This document shows, in pieces, positions 1 through 9,682 of a stretch of 64,000 bases of DNA (positions within the stretch are counted from its first letter, which is position 1; every line of letters starts with the position of its first letter). Made by a program: the position numbers and the translations under genes. Below the pieces are notes generated by a model. That model searched no databases. It was not told the origin of the DNA and saw nothing but the letters and a program-made list of their open reading frames with translations. Origin of the DNA: Candidatus Sysuiplasma acidicola (GTDB lineage Archaea > Thermoplasmatota > Thermoplasmata > Sysuiplasmatales > Sysuiplasmataceae); the NCBI GenBank assembly GCA_019721035.1, contig JAHEAA010000011.1, positions 2,150 to 66,149 of the forward strand. The letters are read 5' to 3'.

Positions 1-969
1 AGGAGAGCCGCCGACAAACGGATTGGTTCCTGCGACAATCCTTGTGGATATTTCGAACACCTTAATCTCCAGTTTGTCCGTCACGATTGTCTCAAGCGCA
101 AACGGTCCCACGAGGCCGCCGAAGAGTTCCTGGGACTTGGATACTGTGGCCTCACCCATTTCGAAGACCTTTGGAAGCAGGCTCTCCCTGACGACAACGG
201 GATAGTTTCCGGTCACTACGAATGTGGGAAAGAAACCGAGGCGTTTCAGTTCTTCGACAGAGCCGAGTTTGTACAACTCATCTATGTTCGATTCGTCCCT
301 TCTGTCGATGGACAGCATTTCCAGCGTTCCACCACCATTCATTTTGTACCCTTCACTGCTCAGGGGAGAATAGAAGTAATGGAAGTAATAACGAGTTCCG
401 AGCACATATTCCTGTATCGTGTACTTCTGCGAATAGTCGATTGCCATCTTGAATTCCATGTAATCCTTCGCTATGAATGCGCCGCGTCCGCCTTTTGCGC
501 CTGAGTATTTTACAAGAACCGGCCTGTCTATCATTCTTGCATCGCTTATCTCCTCAGGCATCATGATGCCCGCAGAGGTGAGCCACTTTCTCTGTGTTGA
601 CCGGTCGGATTCCCACTTGAGCACTTCCCTGTTTCCAAAGCTTGGTACGCCGAATTTTGAAAACCTGTCCGCGCCCATGTACTCGACGAACGAACCATGC
701 GGAACGAGAATCGCATGCCTGCTGACAAGCTCGTCCTCCAGTTCCTCGATATCCCTGTAGTTTTTTACCCTGAGGAATTCGTCAGGTTTCGCGAGAGGAT
801 ACGCGTCATAAAACTTGGTATCCCTGTCGACCGCGATTCCAAGTGTCTTGAGACCCTCTTTCTTTGCGCCATGAAATATCTGAAGCGATGAGTGCGAGCA
901 CAATGTCGCAACGGTTACATCAGAAACATCGTACTCTTCCAGAATCTTGCTGATCTTCGGTGAGGACAT
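1..969 (-). CDS. purP: FAICAR synthetase PurP (5-formaminoimidazole-4-carboxamide ribonucleotide synthetase), C-terminal end cut by window edge
   Basis: This gene is absent from the ORF track because it runs off the window. Manual minus-strand translation from the ATG (reverse complement of 967-969) stays open to position 1. It reads MSSPKISKILEEYDVSDVTVATLCSHSSLQIFHGAKKEGLKTLGIAVDRD...HAILVPHGSFVEYMG...VLVKYSGAKGGRGAFIAKD, the archaeal ATP-grasp PurP pattern. Confidence 0.8.
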   Translation of the reverse strand, partial: MSSPKISKILEEYDVSDVTVATLCSHSSLQIFHGAKKEGLKTLGIAVDRDTKFYDAYPLAKPDEFLRVKNYRDIEELEDELVSRHAILVPHGSFVEYMGADRFSKFGVPSFGNREVLKWESDRSTQRKWLTSAGIMMPEEISDARMIDRPVLVKYSGAKGGRGAFIAKDYMEFKMAIDYSQKYTIQEYVLGTRYYFHYFYSPLSSEGYKMNGGGTLEMLSIDRRDESNIDELYKLGSVEELKRLGFFPTFVVTGNYPVVVRESLLPKVFEMGEATVSKSQELFGGLVGPFALETIVTDKLEIKVFEISTRIVAGTNPFVGGSP

Positions 970-1086
970 AAGATTGAATTCATGATTCAGATTTAAATGT
1001 TTCCCGACTCGAATGCACTAGCCATCACGGAAGAAGTCTTAAAGTGTCTTAAATATACAGACTCAATTCAGTAGCGAGAGATAAGG

Positions 1087-1701
1087 ATGCCGAGCAAACC
1101 GAAACCCAGGGATGACGACTGGTTTGAAGCACTTGAAGCGGAGCTTGACAGAAAGACAGCGACAATCAAGAATGATGTCGTGGAACTGACCAGGGCTAAG
1201 GCGGAAATCAGCCGTATGGCTATGGAGGATTTCTGGAAGATCTGGCTGCGGTTCAACAAGCTGAACATTCATTTCTCCCTTCAGCCTGAGTACAGCGAAT
1301 TCCTCAGATTCAAAGAATTCCCGGACGACTGGTCGATAAGGGATGATTTCCGGTTTGGCTCTGTAAACTCCATCGAACTCACAGACAGGACGACCGAAGA
1401 GGGGCGCATGGGCGACAGACTCAAACTGTTCTATCATACGCACGACGGACATTTCTACGTGAGAATGACTTTTGAATACTTCGAAGGAGAGCACTACTAC
1501 AAATACAGCGGGTGGAAGAGGATATTCGGCCAGTACGTGCTTTACGACGTGCCCATTGGAAGTTTCAACGGGAACAAGTTTCACGAAGTGCTTGCCGATG
1601 TTGTAAAGACATGGTTCGAATCTCATCTGAGAAGGAGCAGAGAAGCGCTGCTGGAACATCTGAAAGCACATTACCCCGCCGGCAACTCTTTCAGCGAGTG
1701 A
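1087..1701 (+). CDS. hypothetical protein (204 aa, N-terminal coiled-coil-like segment)
   Basis: The ORF starts with ATG and runs in the same direction as the downstream RPA genes, 70-90 nt upstream of them. Its composition is protein-like. The fully overlapping minus-strand ORF 1063-1749 is Arg/Cys/His/Phe-rich, as expected for an antisense frame. I recognised no family. Confidence 0.5.
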   Translation: MPSKPKPRDDDWFEALEAELDRKTATIKNDVVELTRAKAEISRMAMEDFWKIWLRFNKLNIHFSLQPEYSEFLRFKEFPDDWSIRDDFRFGSVNSIELTDRTTEEGRMGDRLKLFYHTHDGHFYVRMTFEYFEGEHYYKYSGWKRIFGQYVLYDVPIGSFNGNKFHEVLADVVKTWFESHLRRSREALLEHLKAHYPAGNSFSE

Positions 1702-1792
1702 CCGGCGTGATGTTTCGGCCACCCGCTTGATTCGTTTAAATAATTCCAATGCACTCTACCGCAGACAGTAGGTGATTTGCCTGGAATCGGAA

Positions 1793-3397
1793 ATGAACAG
1801 TCATGTCGAAGACATGCATACCGCACTTGGCGGCAAAGTGGAAAAAGATGCGCTGCTGAAGGATTTGGAACTGTACGTGAATCAGTACAGAGTGTCCCTG
1901 CCTTCCGCTAAGCGAAGTATCGTGAAGAAGTACGGCGGCGATCCGGATGCCCTCTCCATGGGAGTGGAAAAAAACCTTGCAGAAATTTCTGCAGGAGAAA
2001 ATGGACTGGACACAAGCGGCAGAGTGGTCTATGCCAGCACCAGGGAGATTGATATTGAGGGACAGAAGCGCGTCCTCCTTTCAGGACTGCTGGAGGATGC
2101 GACCGGCAGTATGCCATTCACTGTCTGGGATTACGGTAAAACGGAAATCCGCAAGGGCGACATCATTTCGGTCAGAAATGCATACGCAACCTCATACAGG
2201 GACAGGCCACAGCTCAATATGTCATCGCGTTCGAAAATAGTGATTAAGGAAAGGATAGAGAACTGGTCAAGAGAGCCGAAGAAAATGAAGGACATCGGAC
2301 CGAACGACGCGGATGTGACGACAGTAGCCAAGATCATTTCCATTACACCGAAGAAGATCGTGAGCAACGGACGTGACATTAACATACATTACGGACTCAT
2401 CGGCGATGAAACCAAGACGCTGCGTTTCACCGCCTGGAAAGACTTCGGCCTGTCGAAAGGGGACGTCGTGAAACTTTCAGGGGCTTACAGCAGGGAGAGG
2501 AATGGCGAAATACAGCTGAACTTCAGCGAACGGACAGCGGTGGAAATAGCCACTGACGTAGATCTGCCCAGCGTTGCCAGATTCGGCACTCCCAGGAAAT
2601 GCACAATCATGGAACTGAGGGACGGCATGGGAAATGTTACAGTCACAGGACGGATTATTAATGTTGAGAGAAAGGAGATCGAAACGCAGGGCCGGAAGAG
2701 CGTCATGTTCTCCGGCACGCTCGCCGACGAGACCGGCAGAATTGCCTTTACGGGATGGAGGGACTTTCCCCACTCCGAAGGGCAGAGCGTCACGATCTCC
2801 GGTGCCTACGTCCGGTCATGGAAAGGCATTCCCCAGCTGAAATTCGATGAAAAGTCTGAAATTGCGGCAGAGATGAAGGCGGTCGCGATACGCGAAGAGG
2901 GGTCACAGTCATTCGACATCGGCGCACTTGCCGAAAGGGGGGGCGCAATGGATGCTACTGTCAGCGGGACTATCATAGAAATAAGGCCGGGAACTGGATT
3001 CATTTTCAGATGCCCTCAATGTGGAAGGGCAACGAGAGCAGGGGAATGCAGGACGCATGGAAGGGTGGAAGGCGTACCTGACTTCCGCATAAGCATGGTG
3101 GTGGACGACGGAACTGGTTCGATGACAGTTGGACTCCACCGGGAGCTGTCTGAAGCGCTCACAGGCATGACGCTTGACGATGCCAGGAAGAGAGCCGAGG
3201 AGACGCTGAGCCAGGATGCGGTCATTTCAGACGTAGCAGAAAAACTCCTCTTTGCACGAATGAATTTCAACGGCAATGTGTTCAGCGATGATTTCGGTTT
3301 GAGCATGACTTGCCGAAATGCCTCACGCAGCACCGCCGATGTGAAGGAGAAGGCTTCCGCACTGTATCAGGAGGTGATTCAATCCCTGGGGATGTGA
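1793..3397 (+). CDS. rpa: replication protein A (RPA), large subunit with three tandem OB folds plus a zinc-finger OB fold
   Basis: The translation contains three internally similar OB modules: ...LSGLLEDATGSMPFTVWDYG...GDIISVRNAY, ...YGLIGDETKTLRFTAWKDFG...GDVVKLSGAY and ...FSGTLADETGRIAFTGWRDF...GQSVTISGAY. A fourth module carries CPQCGRATRAGECRTHG followed by MVVDDGTGSM. The start is ATG 1793, with an alternative GTG at 1772. Confidence 0.85.
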   Translation: MNSHVEDMHTALGGKVEKDALLKDLELYVNQYRVSLPSAKRSIVKKYGGDPDALSMGVEKNLAEISAGENGLDTSGRVVYASTREIDIEGQKRVLLSGLLEDATGSMPFTVWDYGKTEIRKGDIISVRNAYATSYRDRPQLNMSSRSKIVIKERIENWSREPKKMKDIGPNDADVTTVAKIISITPKKIVSNGRDINIHYGLIGDETKTLRFTAWKDFGLSKGDVVKLSGAYSRERNGEIQLNFSERTAVEIATDVDLPSVARFGTPRKCTIMELRDGMGNVTVTGRIINVERKEIETQGRKSVMFSGTLADETGRIAFTGWRDFPHSEGQSVTISGAYVRSWKGIPQLKFDEKSEIAAEMKAVAIREEGSQSFDIGALAERGGAMDATVSGTIIEIRPGTGFIFRCPQCGRATRAGECRTHGRVEGVPDFRISMVVDDGTGSMTVGLHRELSEALTGMTLDDARKRAEETLSQDAVISDVAEKLLFARMNFNGNVFSDDFGLSMTCRNASRSTADVKEKASALYQEVIQSLGM

Positions 3398-3408
3398 GGG
3401 TGCGTGAG

Positions 3409-4275
3409 ATGGCACACAGACTGTTTGCCGCGGAATTCAGCTCCTCCAATTATGAGGTGCGAGAGGGCGAGGAGAAGAGCACGGTCTACATAGTGACGCC
3501 GCTGGGCGCGAAGGTGAGCAGGATGATGATTGCCGGTGTGCTCACGGAGGTTGAGGAGAACAAGGGCGAAAACTGGACAATGTACAATGCACAGATTGCA
3601 GACCCGACAGGAACTTTCAGAATCTCCGCCGGCCAGTATCAGCAGGGCGCCTCCAGATCCCTGCAGTCCATAGAGCCGCCGGCTTTCGTCGCGGCAGTAG
3701 GCAAAGCACGGTCATTTACGACAGAGGAGGGAGCGGTCTACGTCTCCGTCAGGGTGGAAAGCATCGCCAGGATTACACAGGAGCAGAGGGATTTCTGGAC
3801 TTACGAGACATGCAGAGAGACGCTCAGAAGGATTGACGCCTGCAAGTCTGCGCTGGAACTCTCTCCGCCAAATGCCGATGCACTCGCAAGACTCGGTATT
3901 TCGAGAAGATATGCCGAGGGCGCGATACTGGCTCTGGAACACTATGGGAAGGCTGATTTCGACGCATACCGCGGCGTTGTTGTGGAAGCACTGCGTTCCA
4001 TAGGGGGCGTAGAGGATGCCGCTGTTGCACCGATCGTGACGCAGGCGGTTGCTGAACCGCCAGACGGCGATGAGCTGACCGAGGACGAGAGCACGATACT
4101 GCACATAATAGGGAGTCTTGACGATTCCGATCCGAGGGGGGCACAGTGGGAGGATGTGGAAAAAATGGCTCTGGAAAAACAGCTGACGGCAGAACGCCTT
4201 TCGGAAGCAGTTGAGGGCCTTCTGGACAAGGGAATGATCTATGAACCCGTCCTGGGAAAGATGAAGAGAATCTGA
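3409..4275 (+). CDS. RPA-associated OB-fold protein (RPA32 / COG3390-like) with C-terminal winged-helix-like tail
   Basis: The gene lies immediately downstream of rpa. I prefer the internal ATG at 3409 because the longer ORF from 3310 overlaps the rpa 3' end. The OB-like N-terminal half reads IAGVLTEVEENKGENWTMYNAQIADPTGTFRISAG. The acidic linker and C-terminal ILHIIGSL...EGLLDKGMIYEP resemble the RPA32 winged helix. Confidence 0.6.
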   Translation: MAHRLFAAEFSSSNYEVREGEEKSTVYIVTPLGAKVSRMMIAGVLTEVEENKGENWTMYNAQIADPTGTFRISAGQYQQGASRSLQSIEPPAFVAAVGKARSFTTEEGAVYVSVRVESIARITQEQRDFWTYETCRETLRRIDACKSALELSPPNADALARLGISRRYAEGAILALEHYGKADFDAYRGVVVEALRSIGGVEDAAVAPIVTQAVAEPPDGDELTEDESTILHIIGSLDDSDPRGAQWEDVEKMALEKQLTAERLSEAVEGLLDKGMIYEPVLGKMKRI

Positions 4276-4397
4276 AATGCACTCTCCGCAGAACGCAGTG
4301 TTCCGGCGCCCGCCCTCATTCAGCGCACTTTGGCGGGCGGCAGTGGCGCACTGTCAATTATGCGCAAGATATAACTAGTCCTCCAGTTTGCAGAATT

Positions 4398-5465
4398 ATG
4401 GTGGATACGTTGGATAGGCTTCTTTTCACTGCGGGGCCGGTAGAGGTAAGAAGGGATGTTCTCAAAGCGATGACTAAACCCATGATCACGCATCGCAGTT
4501 CCGATTACAAGAAACTCCACCATTCCGTGGTCGAAAGGCTCAAGGAACTGCTCGGCACGGAGAATGATATCTTTCTTATTCCAGCCTCATCCACAGGGGC
4601 AATGGAAGCAGGAGTGAGAAGCGCTGTTTCCAGAAACATACTGCACCTGACTTGCGGATCCTTCGCCGAGCGATGGGTGGAAATATCCAGAAGCAACGGC
4701 AAAACAGCTGCTGTGGTCTCGACAGAATGGGGAAAGGCGATTGTGCCGGAGCTCATCGGCAGCGCTGCAGATGGGGTCGAGGCAGTGGCAGTCACGCACA
4801 ACGAATCTTCCACGGGCGTCATGAATCCACTGGAAAGCATAGCTGCACATCTGAGAAAGACACCCGACGTTCTTCTGATGGTTGATGCTGTGACCTCCGC
4901 CTTCGGGAACATAATAGACATGAAGTCGGTGAAACCGGATCTTCTGCTGTTCGGCACCCAGAAGGCACTTGCGCTGCCTCCCGGCATGGCGATAGCAGTC
5001 GTTTCGGAAAGACTGCTCGAGAAGGCCAAGGGCGTGGGCGACAGGGGGAGATACCTCGATCTCGTGGAAATAAAGGAATTCGCCGATCGCGATCTCGTTC
5101 CGACCACACCGCCGATTTCGCTGCTCTACGCACTGGACTATCAGCTCGACAGGATAAAGGATGAGGGCATGCAGAAGAGGGCAGACAGGCACTTCAGGAT
5201 GGCTGAGATGGCCAGAAAGTGGGCTTCTGACCACATGAGCTTATTCTCGCAGGAGGGATTCCACTCCAACACCATAACATGCGTCAACAACACTTCCGGC
5301 ATGGATTTTAAACAGATTGACGAGGGCCTCGCGAAACGCGGGTACCAGATTGCAGAGGGATACGGAAAACTGAAATCGAAGACATTCCGGATTGGGCACA
5401 TGGGGGATTTGACCACAGAGGAGATGGGCGGCCTGCTCGACTCTCTGACAGAGGTGACAGCATGA
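4398..5465 (+). CDS. class V pyridoxal-phosphate aminotransferase (archaeal phosphoserine aminotransferase / serine-glyoxylate aminotransferase type)
   Basis: The translation has the class V layout: LFTAGPVEV..., ...THNESSTGV..., DAVTS and FGTQKALALPPG, which contains the PLP lysine context. An ATGA stop/start overlap with the following dehydrogenase supports a serine-pathway operon. Confidence 0.75.
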   Translation: MVDTLDRLLFTAGPVEVRRDVLKAMTKPMITHRSSDYKKLHHSVVERLKELLGTENDIFLIPASSTGAMEAGVRSAVSRNILHLTCGSFAERWVEISRSNGKTAAVVSTEWGKAIVPELIGSAADGVEAVAVTHNESSTGVMNPLESIAAHLRKTPDVLLMVDAVTSAFGNIIDMKSVKPDLLLFGTQKALALPPGMAIAVVSERLLEKAKGVGDRGRYLDLVEIKEFADRDLVPTTPPISLLYALDYQLDRIKDEGMQKRADRHFRMAEMARKWASDHMSLFSQEGFHSNTITCVNNTSGMDFKQIDEGLAKRGYQIAEGYGKLKSKTFRIGHMGDLTTEEMGGLLDSLTEVTA

Positions 5466-6439
5466 CGAAAATACTGATAACAGATGCCGTTGATGAAAAA
5501 TATGTGCGGGCGCTGCAGTCGATCGACGGTTTTGAAGTGGATTTCAGGAACGGCATAACGGCAGACCAGCTCCCGAGCATCATCGGGGACTACGACTGCA
5601 TAATCGTCAGGAGCAGGACCAAACTCACTGGTAAACTCATAGGCAGTGCGCAAAATGCGAAGCTCATTGTGAGGGCGGGTGTCGGCACAGACAATATCGA
5701 CATAGCGGCTGCGAGCGGCATGAACATAGCGGTAGCAAACACGCCCTGGGCAAATGTGGTGTCAGCGGCGGAACTTGCATTCACACTCATGCTCATGATC
5801 AGCAGAAAGGCTGGACAGGCGAACGCATCGATGCACGATGGAAAATGGGAAACGCTCAAATTCACCGGAGCCGAGGTTAGCGAAAAGGTTCTTGGCATCA
5901 TCGGGCTGGGACGTGTGGGAAGAGAAGTGGCCAGGAGGGCGAGAGCATTCCAGATGACAGTAATCGCAAGTGACCCGTTCCTCAGACAGGACGTGGCAGA
6001 CACTGTAGGTGCAAAGCTCGTGTCTATGGAAACGCTGCTGGCGGAGTCCGATATCATCAGTCTGCATGCATCCATGATGGCCGGAAACGTCCATCTCATC
6101 GGTGCTGGAGAGCTGGCCAAAATGAAGCACGGCGCCATACTGATAAACACTGCGCGCGGCGAAATGGTCGATACTGTTGCGCTGGTGGAAGCGGTGAAGA
6201 GCGGGAAACTGGCCGGCGCTGGTCTTGATGTCTATGAAGGCGAGCCTGCGATAAACCCGGCTCTTTCGCAGCTTCCGGCGGTCGTAATGACGCCGCACAT
6301 CGGTGCACAGACGCGCGAGGCACAGAACAGGGTCGGGAAGGAAGTCGTCGAAGTTGTCGAGGCATTCTTCAAAAGGAATGAAATGATTAATGTCGTGAAC
6401 GAAGGCAGCATACGGCCTAACGGCGGGAAAGTTAACTGA
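5462..6439 (+). CDS. serA: D-3-phosphoglycerate dehydrogenase (short form, 2-hydroxyacid dehydrogenase family)
   Basis: The NAD-binding motif GIIGLGRVGREVARRA is present. The catalytic region reads ...LINTARGEMVD...GAGLDVYEGEP...TPHIGAQT. The start ATG 5462-5464 overlaps the upstream stop as ATGA. Confidence 0.8.
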   Translation: MTKILITDAVDEKYVRALQSIDGFEVDFRNGITADQLPSIIGDYDCIIVRSRTKLTGKLIGSAQNAKLIVRAGVGTDNIDIAAASGMNIAVANTPWANVVSAAELAFTLMLMISRKAGQANASMHDGKWETLKFTGAEVSEKVLGIIGLGRVGREVARRARAFQMTVIASDPFLRQDVADTVGAKLVSMETLLAESDIISLHASMMAGNVHLIGAGELAKMKHGAILINTARGEMVDTVALVEAVKSGKLAGAGLDVYEGEPAINPALSQLPAVVMTPHIGAQTREAQNRVGKEVVEVVEAFFKRNEMINVVNEGSIRPNGGKVN

Positions 6440-6577
6440 ACAGACAGCAGACGTCCCGAACAATGCGTCACAACAGTTTACAGGAGCAGTTGCACTAGTT
6501 TTCGGACTGGCGTGGAATCCCGCGCTTGCGCTTATAAATAATTTATTGATTCTGTATTATATACAGCGTCAAACATA

Positions 6578-6964
6578 ATGTTTGGAGGGATTTGGTCAAT
6601 GACCGCGAATCAGCCTTCGGGCAGCGGCACTTCCGTCGGGGAAGGACGAGTGCCCTTGGAAAAGGAAATGGCTTCACTGATAGAGACGGCAACACATACC
6701 ACCGTTATCATTGCACTAGTGCTGTTCGGGCTGCTGCTGGATTTCATTGCGGAGATAGTATATGTTGCGGCCGGGGGTTTCGCAGCCGGTGCCGGTAGCG
6801 CAGGATATCAGACTTCGCTCGTCCTGAGCGCATTCGGGAATTTCATCATACTGGCCGTGCTCTTTACAGCCGGCATCATGAAAAGGGATGCGAGCGAGTA
6901 CGCGAGACTTGGCTACTTTATTGCAGCCGGCCTCGTGTTTGTTGCCACCATGAGGCTGATCTGA
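6578..6964 (+). CDS. small integral membrane protein, hypothetical
   Basis: The 128-aa ORF has three hydrophobic segments: VIIALVLFGLLLDFIAEIVYV, LVLSAFGNFIILAVLFTAGI and YFIAAGLVFVATM. An AT-rich TATA-like box lies about 40 nt upstream. Confidence 0.5.
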   Translation: MFGGIWSMTANQPSGSGTSVGEGRVPLEKEMASLIETATHTTVIIALVLFGLLLDFIAEIVYVAAGGFAAGAGSAGYQTSLVLSAFGNFIILAVLFTAGIMKRDASEYARLGYFIAAGLVFVATMRLI

Positions 6965-7175
6965 GAGCCGTTCCAGTCGTCGTATCGCGCCGTGTGCGGC
7001 GAGCGGAATATCAGCGTGCAGTCACGAGCGCTGTTGAAAGAACCACATGCGGACAGTGAGGCTGGGGACCGATTGGAAATCATGAGGAACGTTTATATAC
7101 ATAAAAATGCTAAAAACCCATACGCAACAGAATCGCGATAATATTTCTGCACGTCATGACAGGGTGAAAATTTAA

Positions 7176-7604
7176 ATGGCTGATTCCAAGGGGAATTCGA
7201 TTAGGGACAGAACACTGACTGTCGACAATCTCAGCGTGGCGATAAGGAACAGCATAGACAGGAATGACATGCCGGCAGAGCAGGCCATGGCTATGGCACA
7301 GCACGTGATGAACTTCTTCGGATACAGCGAGAGGATTATTGACAACATGCTCGAACCTGAGGACAGGGATGCGTTTTATATGCTCGAGGACAGCGGCATA
7401 CTCACGACGGAGAGAGAGGAGACAACACTCTACGACGGAAGGGAGTGGCGTATCCACTACTGGCTCTTCCGGAAGGAAAGGATATGGGCACTGATAAACG
7501 GCACAGAAATAAAAGAGGACGTCACCAGTGTCGACACATCCATTTACGACAATGTTCCGGACGACGTCTGGGGCATGTCCAGACAGCTTCCTGTGAGGAA
7601 ATGA
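7176..7604 (+). CDS. hypothetical cytoplasmic protein (142 aa)
   Basis: The ORF starts with ATG, has a balanced composition and runs in the same direction as the XPD gene about 100 nt downstream. I could not assign a family by eye. Confidence 0.5.
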   Translation: MADSKGNSIRDRTLTVDNLSVAIRNSIDRNDMPAEQAMAMAQHVMNFFGYSERIIDNMLEPEDRDAFYMLEDSGILTTEREETTLYDGREWRIHYWLFRKERIWALINGTEIKEDVTSVDTSIYDNVPDDVWGMSRQLPVRK

Positions 7605-7701
7605 CGCCGGCGCACTAGTGTTTTGCGCAAGGCTGGATGCTGCCACCTCAGGCATAGGTATATAATCAGAGCGGCCTGAACTTCTGCGGCAGGATGCATC
7701 G

Positions 7702-9642
7702 ATGAACGGACAGAACAGTGCCGGTGGAGCGGCCGGCACATCATTTCCCTACGTTCCGAGAACCGGTCAGATCAGGATGATGCACGGCGTGTTTGACGCG
7801 CTCACAACCGGGAGGCACATCATAATGGAGAGTCCTACCGGCAGCGGCAAGACGGCGAGCGTTCTTTCCGCCGCAGTTGACAGTATGGGGACCAGAAAGA
7901 TACTCTACCTGACAAGAACCAATTCGCAGCAGCGCCAGGTCATGCGCGAGCTCCGCATGATAAAGCAGAGGAGGAATGTGCTCGGAATCGCAATACAGGG
8001 CAGGAATAACGGATGCCTCCTGGCGAGACAGGATGACGAGATGCGTTCCGGGAGCGCCGACGAACTGTCCGCGTACTGCGGCTACCTCAAGGAGAGGACA
8101 AAATCGGAGCACGAAGGTTGTCCCTACTACTATGGGCTGCTCAACGCAGACAGGCAGCATCTGTCGAAGTGGCTTAGGGAGGAGATGCCGGACGCCGAAC
8201 AGGTGACGGAAAGATGCATGGCCATGCAGATGTGCCCGTACGAAATGTCGAAATCGTTTCTCGCCGACGCAGATGTCGTCACTGCCCCGTACATCTATTT
8301 TTTTGATCCTTTCATACGCAGAAGGCTCCTCGAATGGATGGGCACGCAGACGGGACAGCTGATCATCATACTCGATGAGGCACACAACCTGCCGGACTAT
8401 CTGCGCGAGATCGAGAGCGTCAAATTCGGCGTGAGATCCGCGCAGGGCATGCGCAACGAGGCCGAAGAATATGGTGACCCGGAAATAATCTCAGGCGTAA
8501 GCATACGTGATCTTTCGGAGATAGTGGAAACTGCAATCAGGGCCATCTCGGCAGATTATGTTCTGGACGAGGACGGCCTTGTTCCGCCCGAAGAGTTTGA
8601 AATGAGGCTCATGGAGGAACTCGGCGTCAATTCGCGATCTTTCTCTGCAATCGCAGCGACGCTCTCGAACCAGGGCGATCTTGTCAGGGATGCAAAACTG
8701 AAAAAGGGCAGACTGCCGCGTTCCTATATAAGATCGATGGGCGATTTCATTCGCTTCTGGACGGAGGCGGAGCCCGGACATCACGTCAAGGTGGTGAACG
8801 GCGGAGACAACCCGTCGCTCGAGGTCTACTGCCTCGATCCTGCCATCGCTGCCGCTCCTCTGCAGGACGCCTACGTCACGATACACATGTCCGGCACGCT
8901 CGGTTCGCTTCCCGACTACAGAACGCTGCTTCAGCTGCCGGAAGACAGCATACTGCTCTCCGTGCCTTCCGACTTTCCTGCCGAAAACAGGAAAATAGTG
9001 TACGTGGACGACATGACGACGCGTTACGAGGTCATAGCCCGTGATGCCGGCATGATAGCAGCCATTGCGGACAGGATTGTCGACGTGTGCAACAGTGTGC
9101 ACAGAAACACGATTGTATTCGTGCCGTCGTACGGCCTGCTTGATTCGCTGCTGGCGCTTAACATCGAACGACGCATGGACACCCAGACGCTCGTGGAGAG
9201 GAAGGATATGAAACAGATCGAACTGATGGAGTGCGTGGAACGCTTCAAATCTGTCAGGGGCTCTGTCTTTTTTTCAGTAATCGGCGGAAGGATAGGCGAG
9301 GGACTCGATTTTCCGGACGAGAGCCTGGAGATGGTCATCATCGTGGGCATACCATACCCGAAGCCGACTGCAAAGCAGCGCGCTCTTGTCAATTATTACG
9401 ACATACTGTACGGCAAGGGATGGGACATAGCGGTCAAAGGGCCGGCACTGAGGAAGCTTCTGCAGGCCGCAGGCAGGATGATCAGGAGCGACACCGACAG
9501 AGGCATAGCCGTTGTGCTCGACAAGAGGCTTTCGTATTTCACAGTAACTGGCGCGGAAAAAGTGGACGATGCGCCGGGAGCCGCTGCCGATTTTTTCTCC
9601 GGAAAGAGGAATGTGGGACCGCGAAACGGAAGACTGTTCTGA
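7702..9642 (+). CDS. xpd: ATP-dependent 5'-3' DNA helicase XPD/Rad3 (FeS-cluster helicase)
   Basis: The Walker A motif is ESPTGSGKTAS and the DEAH box is LDEAHNL. Four cysteines have FeS-domain spacing: NNGCLLA, AYCGYL, EGCPYYYG and MQMCPYE. The C-terminal helicase motifs are FSVIGGRIGEGLDFP and AAGRMIRS. Confidence 0.85.
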   Translation: MNGQNSAGGAAGTSFPYVPRTGQIRMMHGVFDALTTGRHIIMESPTGSGKTASVLSAAVDSMGTRKILYLTRTNSQQRQVMRELRMIKQRRNVLGIAIQGRNNGCLLARQDDEMRSGSADELSAYCGYLKERTKSEHEGCPYYYGLLNADRQHLSKWLREEMPDAEQVTERCMAMQMCPYEMSKSFLADADVVTAPYIYFFDPFIRRRLLEWMGTQTGQLIIILDEAHNLPDYLREIESVKFGVRSAQGMRNEAEEYGDPEIISGVSIRDLSEIVETAIRAISADYVLDEDGLVPPEEFEMRLMEELGVNSRSFSAIAATLSNQGDLVRDAKLKKGRLPRSYIRSMGDFIRFWTEAEPGHHVKVVNGGDNPSLEVYCLDPAIAAAPLQDAYVTIHMSGTLGSLPDYRTLLQLPEDSILLSVPSDFPAENRKIVYVDDMTTRYEVIARDAGMIAAIADRIVDVCNSVHRNTIVFVPSYGLLDSLLALNIERRMDTQTLVERKDMKQIELMECVERFKSVRGSVFFSVIGGRIGEGLDFPDESLEMVIIVGIPYPKPTAKQRALVNYYDILYGKGWDIAVKGPALRKLLQAAGRMIRSDTDRGIAVVLDKRLSYFTVTGAEKVDDAPGAAADFFSGKRNVGPRNGRLF

Positions 9643-9682
9643 ATCGCGATAAAATTAACTAAGAGGTGTCCGATGCCGAGGC

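Noticed and set aside
1613-1622. GGTTCGAATC, a tRNA T-loop-like decamer
   Set aside because: The flanking bases cannot form a T-stem (ATGG vs CTCA), there is no acceptor or anticodon arm, and the site lies inside a CDS.
1063-1749. 228-aa minus-strand ORF completely overlapping the 1087-1701 plus-strand ORF
   Set aside because: Its translation is Arg/Cys/His/Phe/Val-rich and has no recognisable motif, which is typical of the antisense frame of a real gene. The plus-strand ORF has a cleaner start context and runs in the same direction as the RPA genes. This remains a judgement call.
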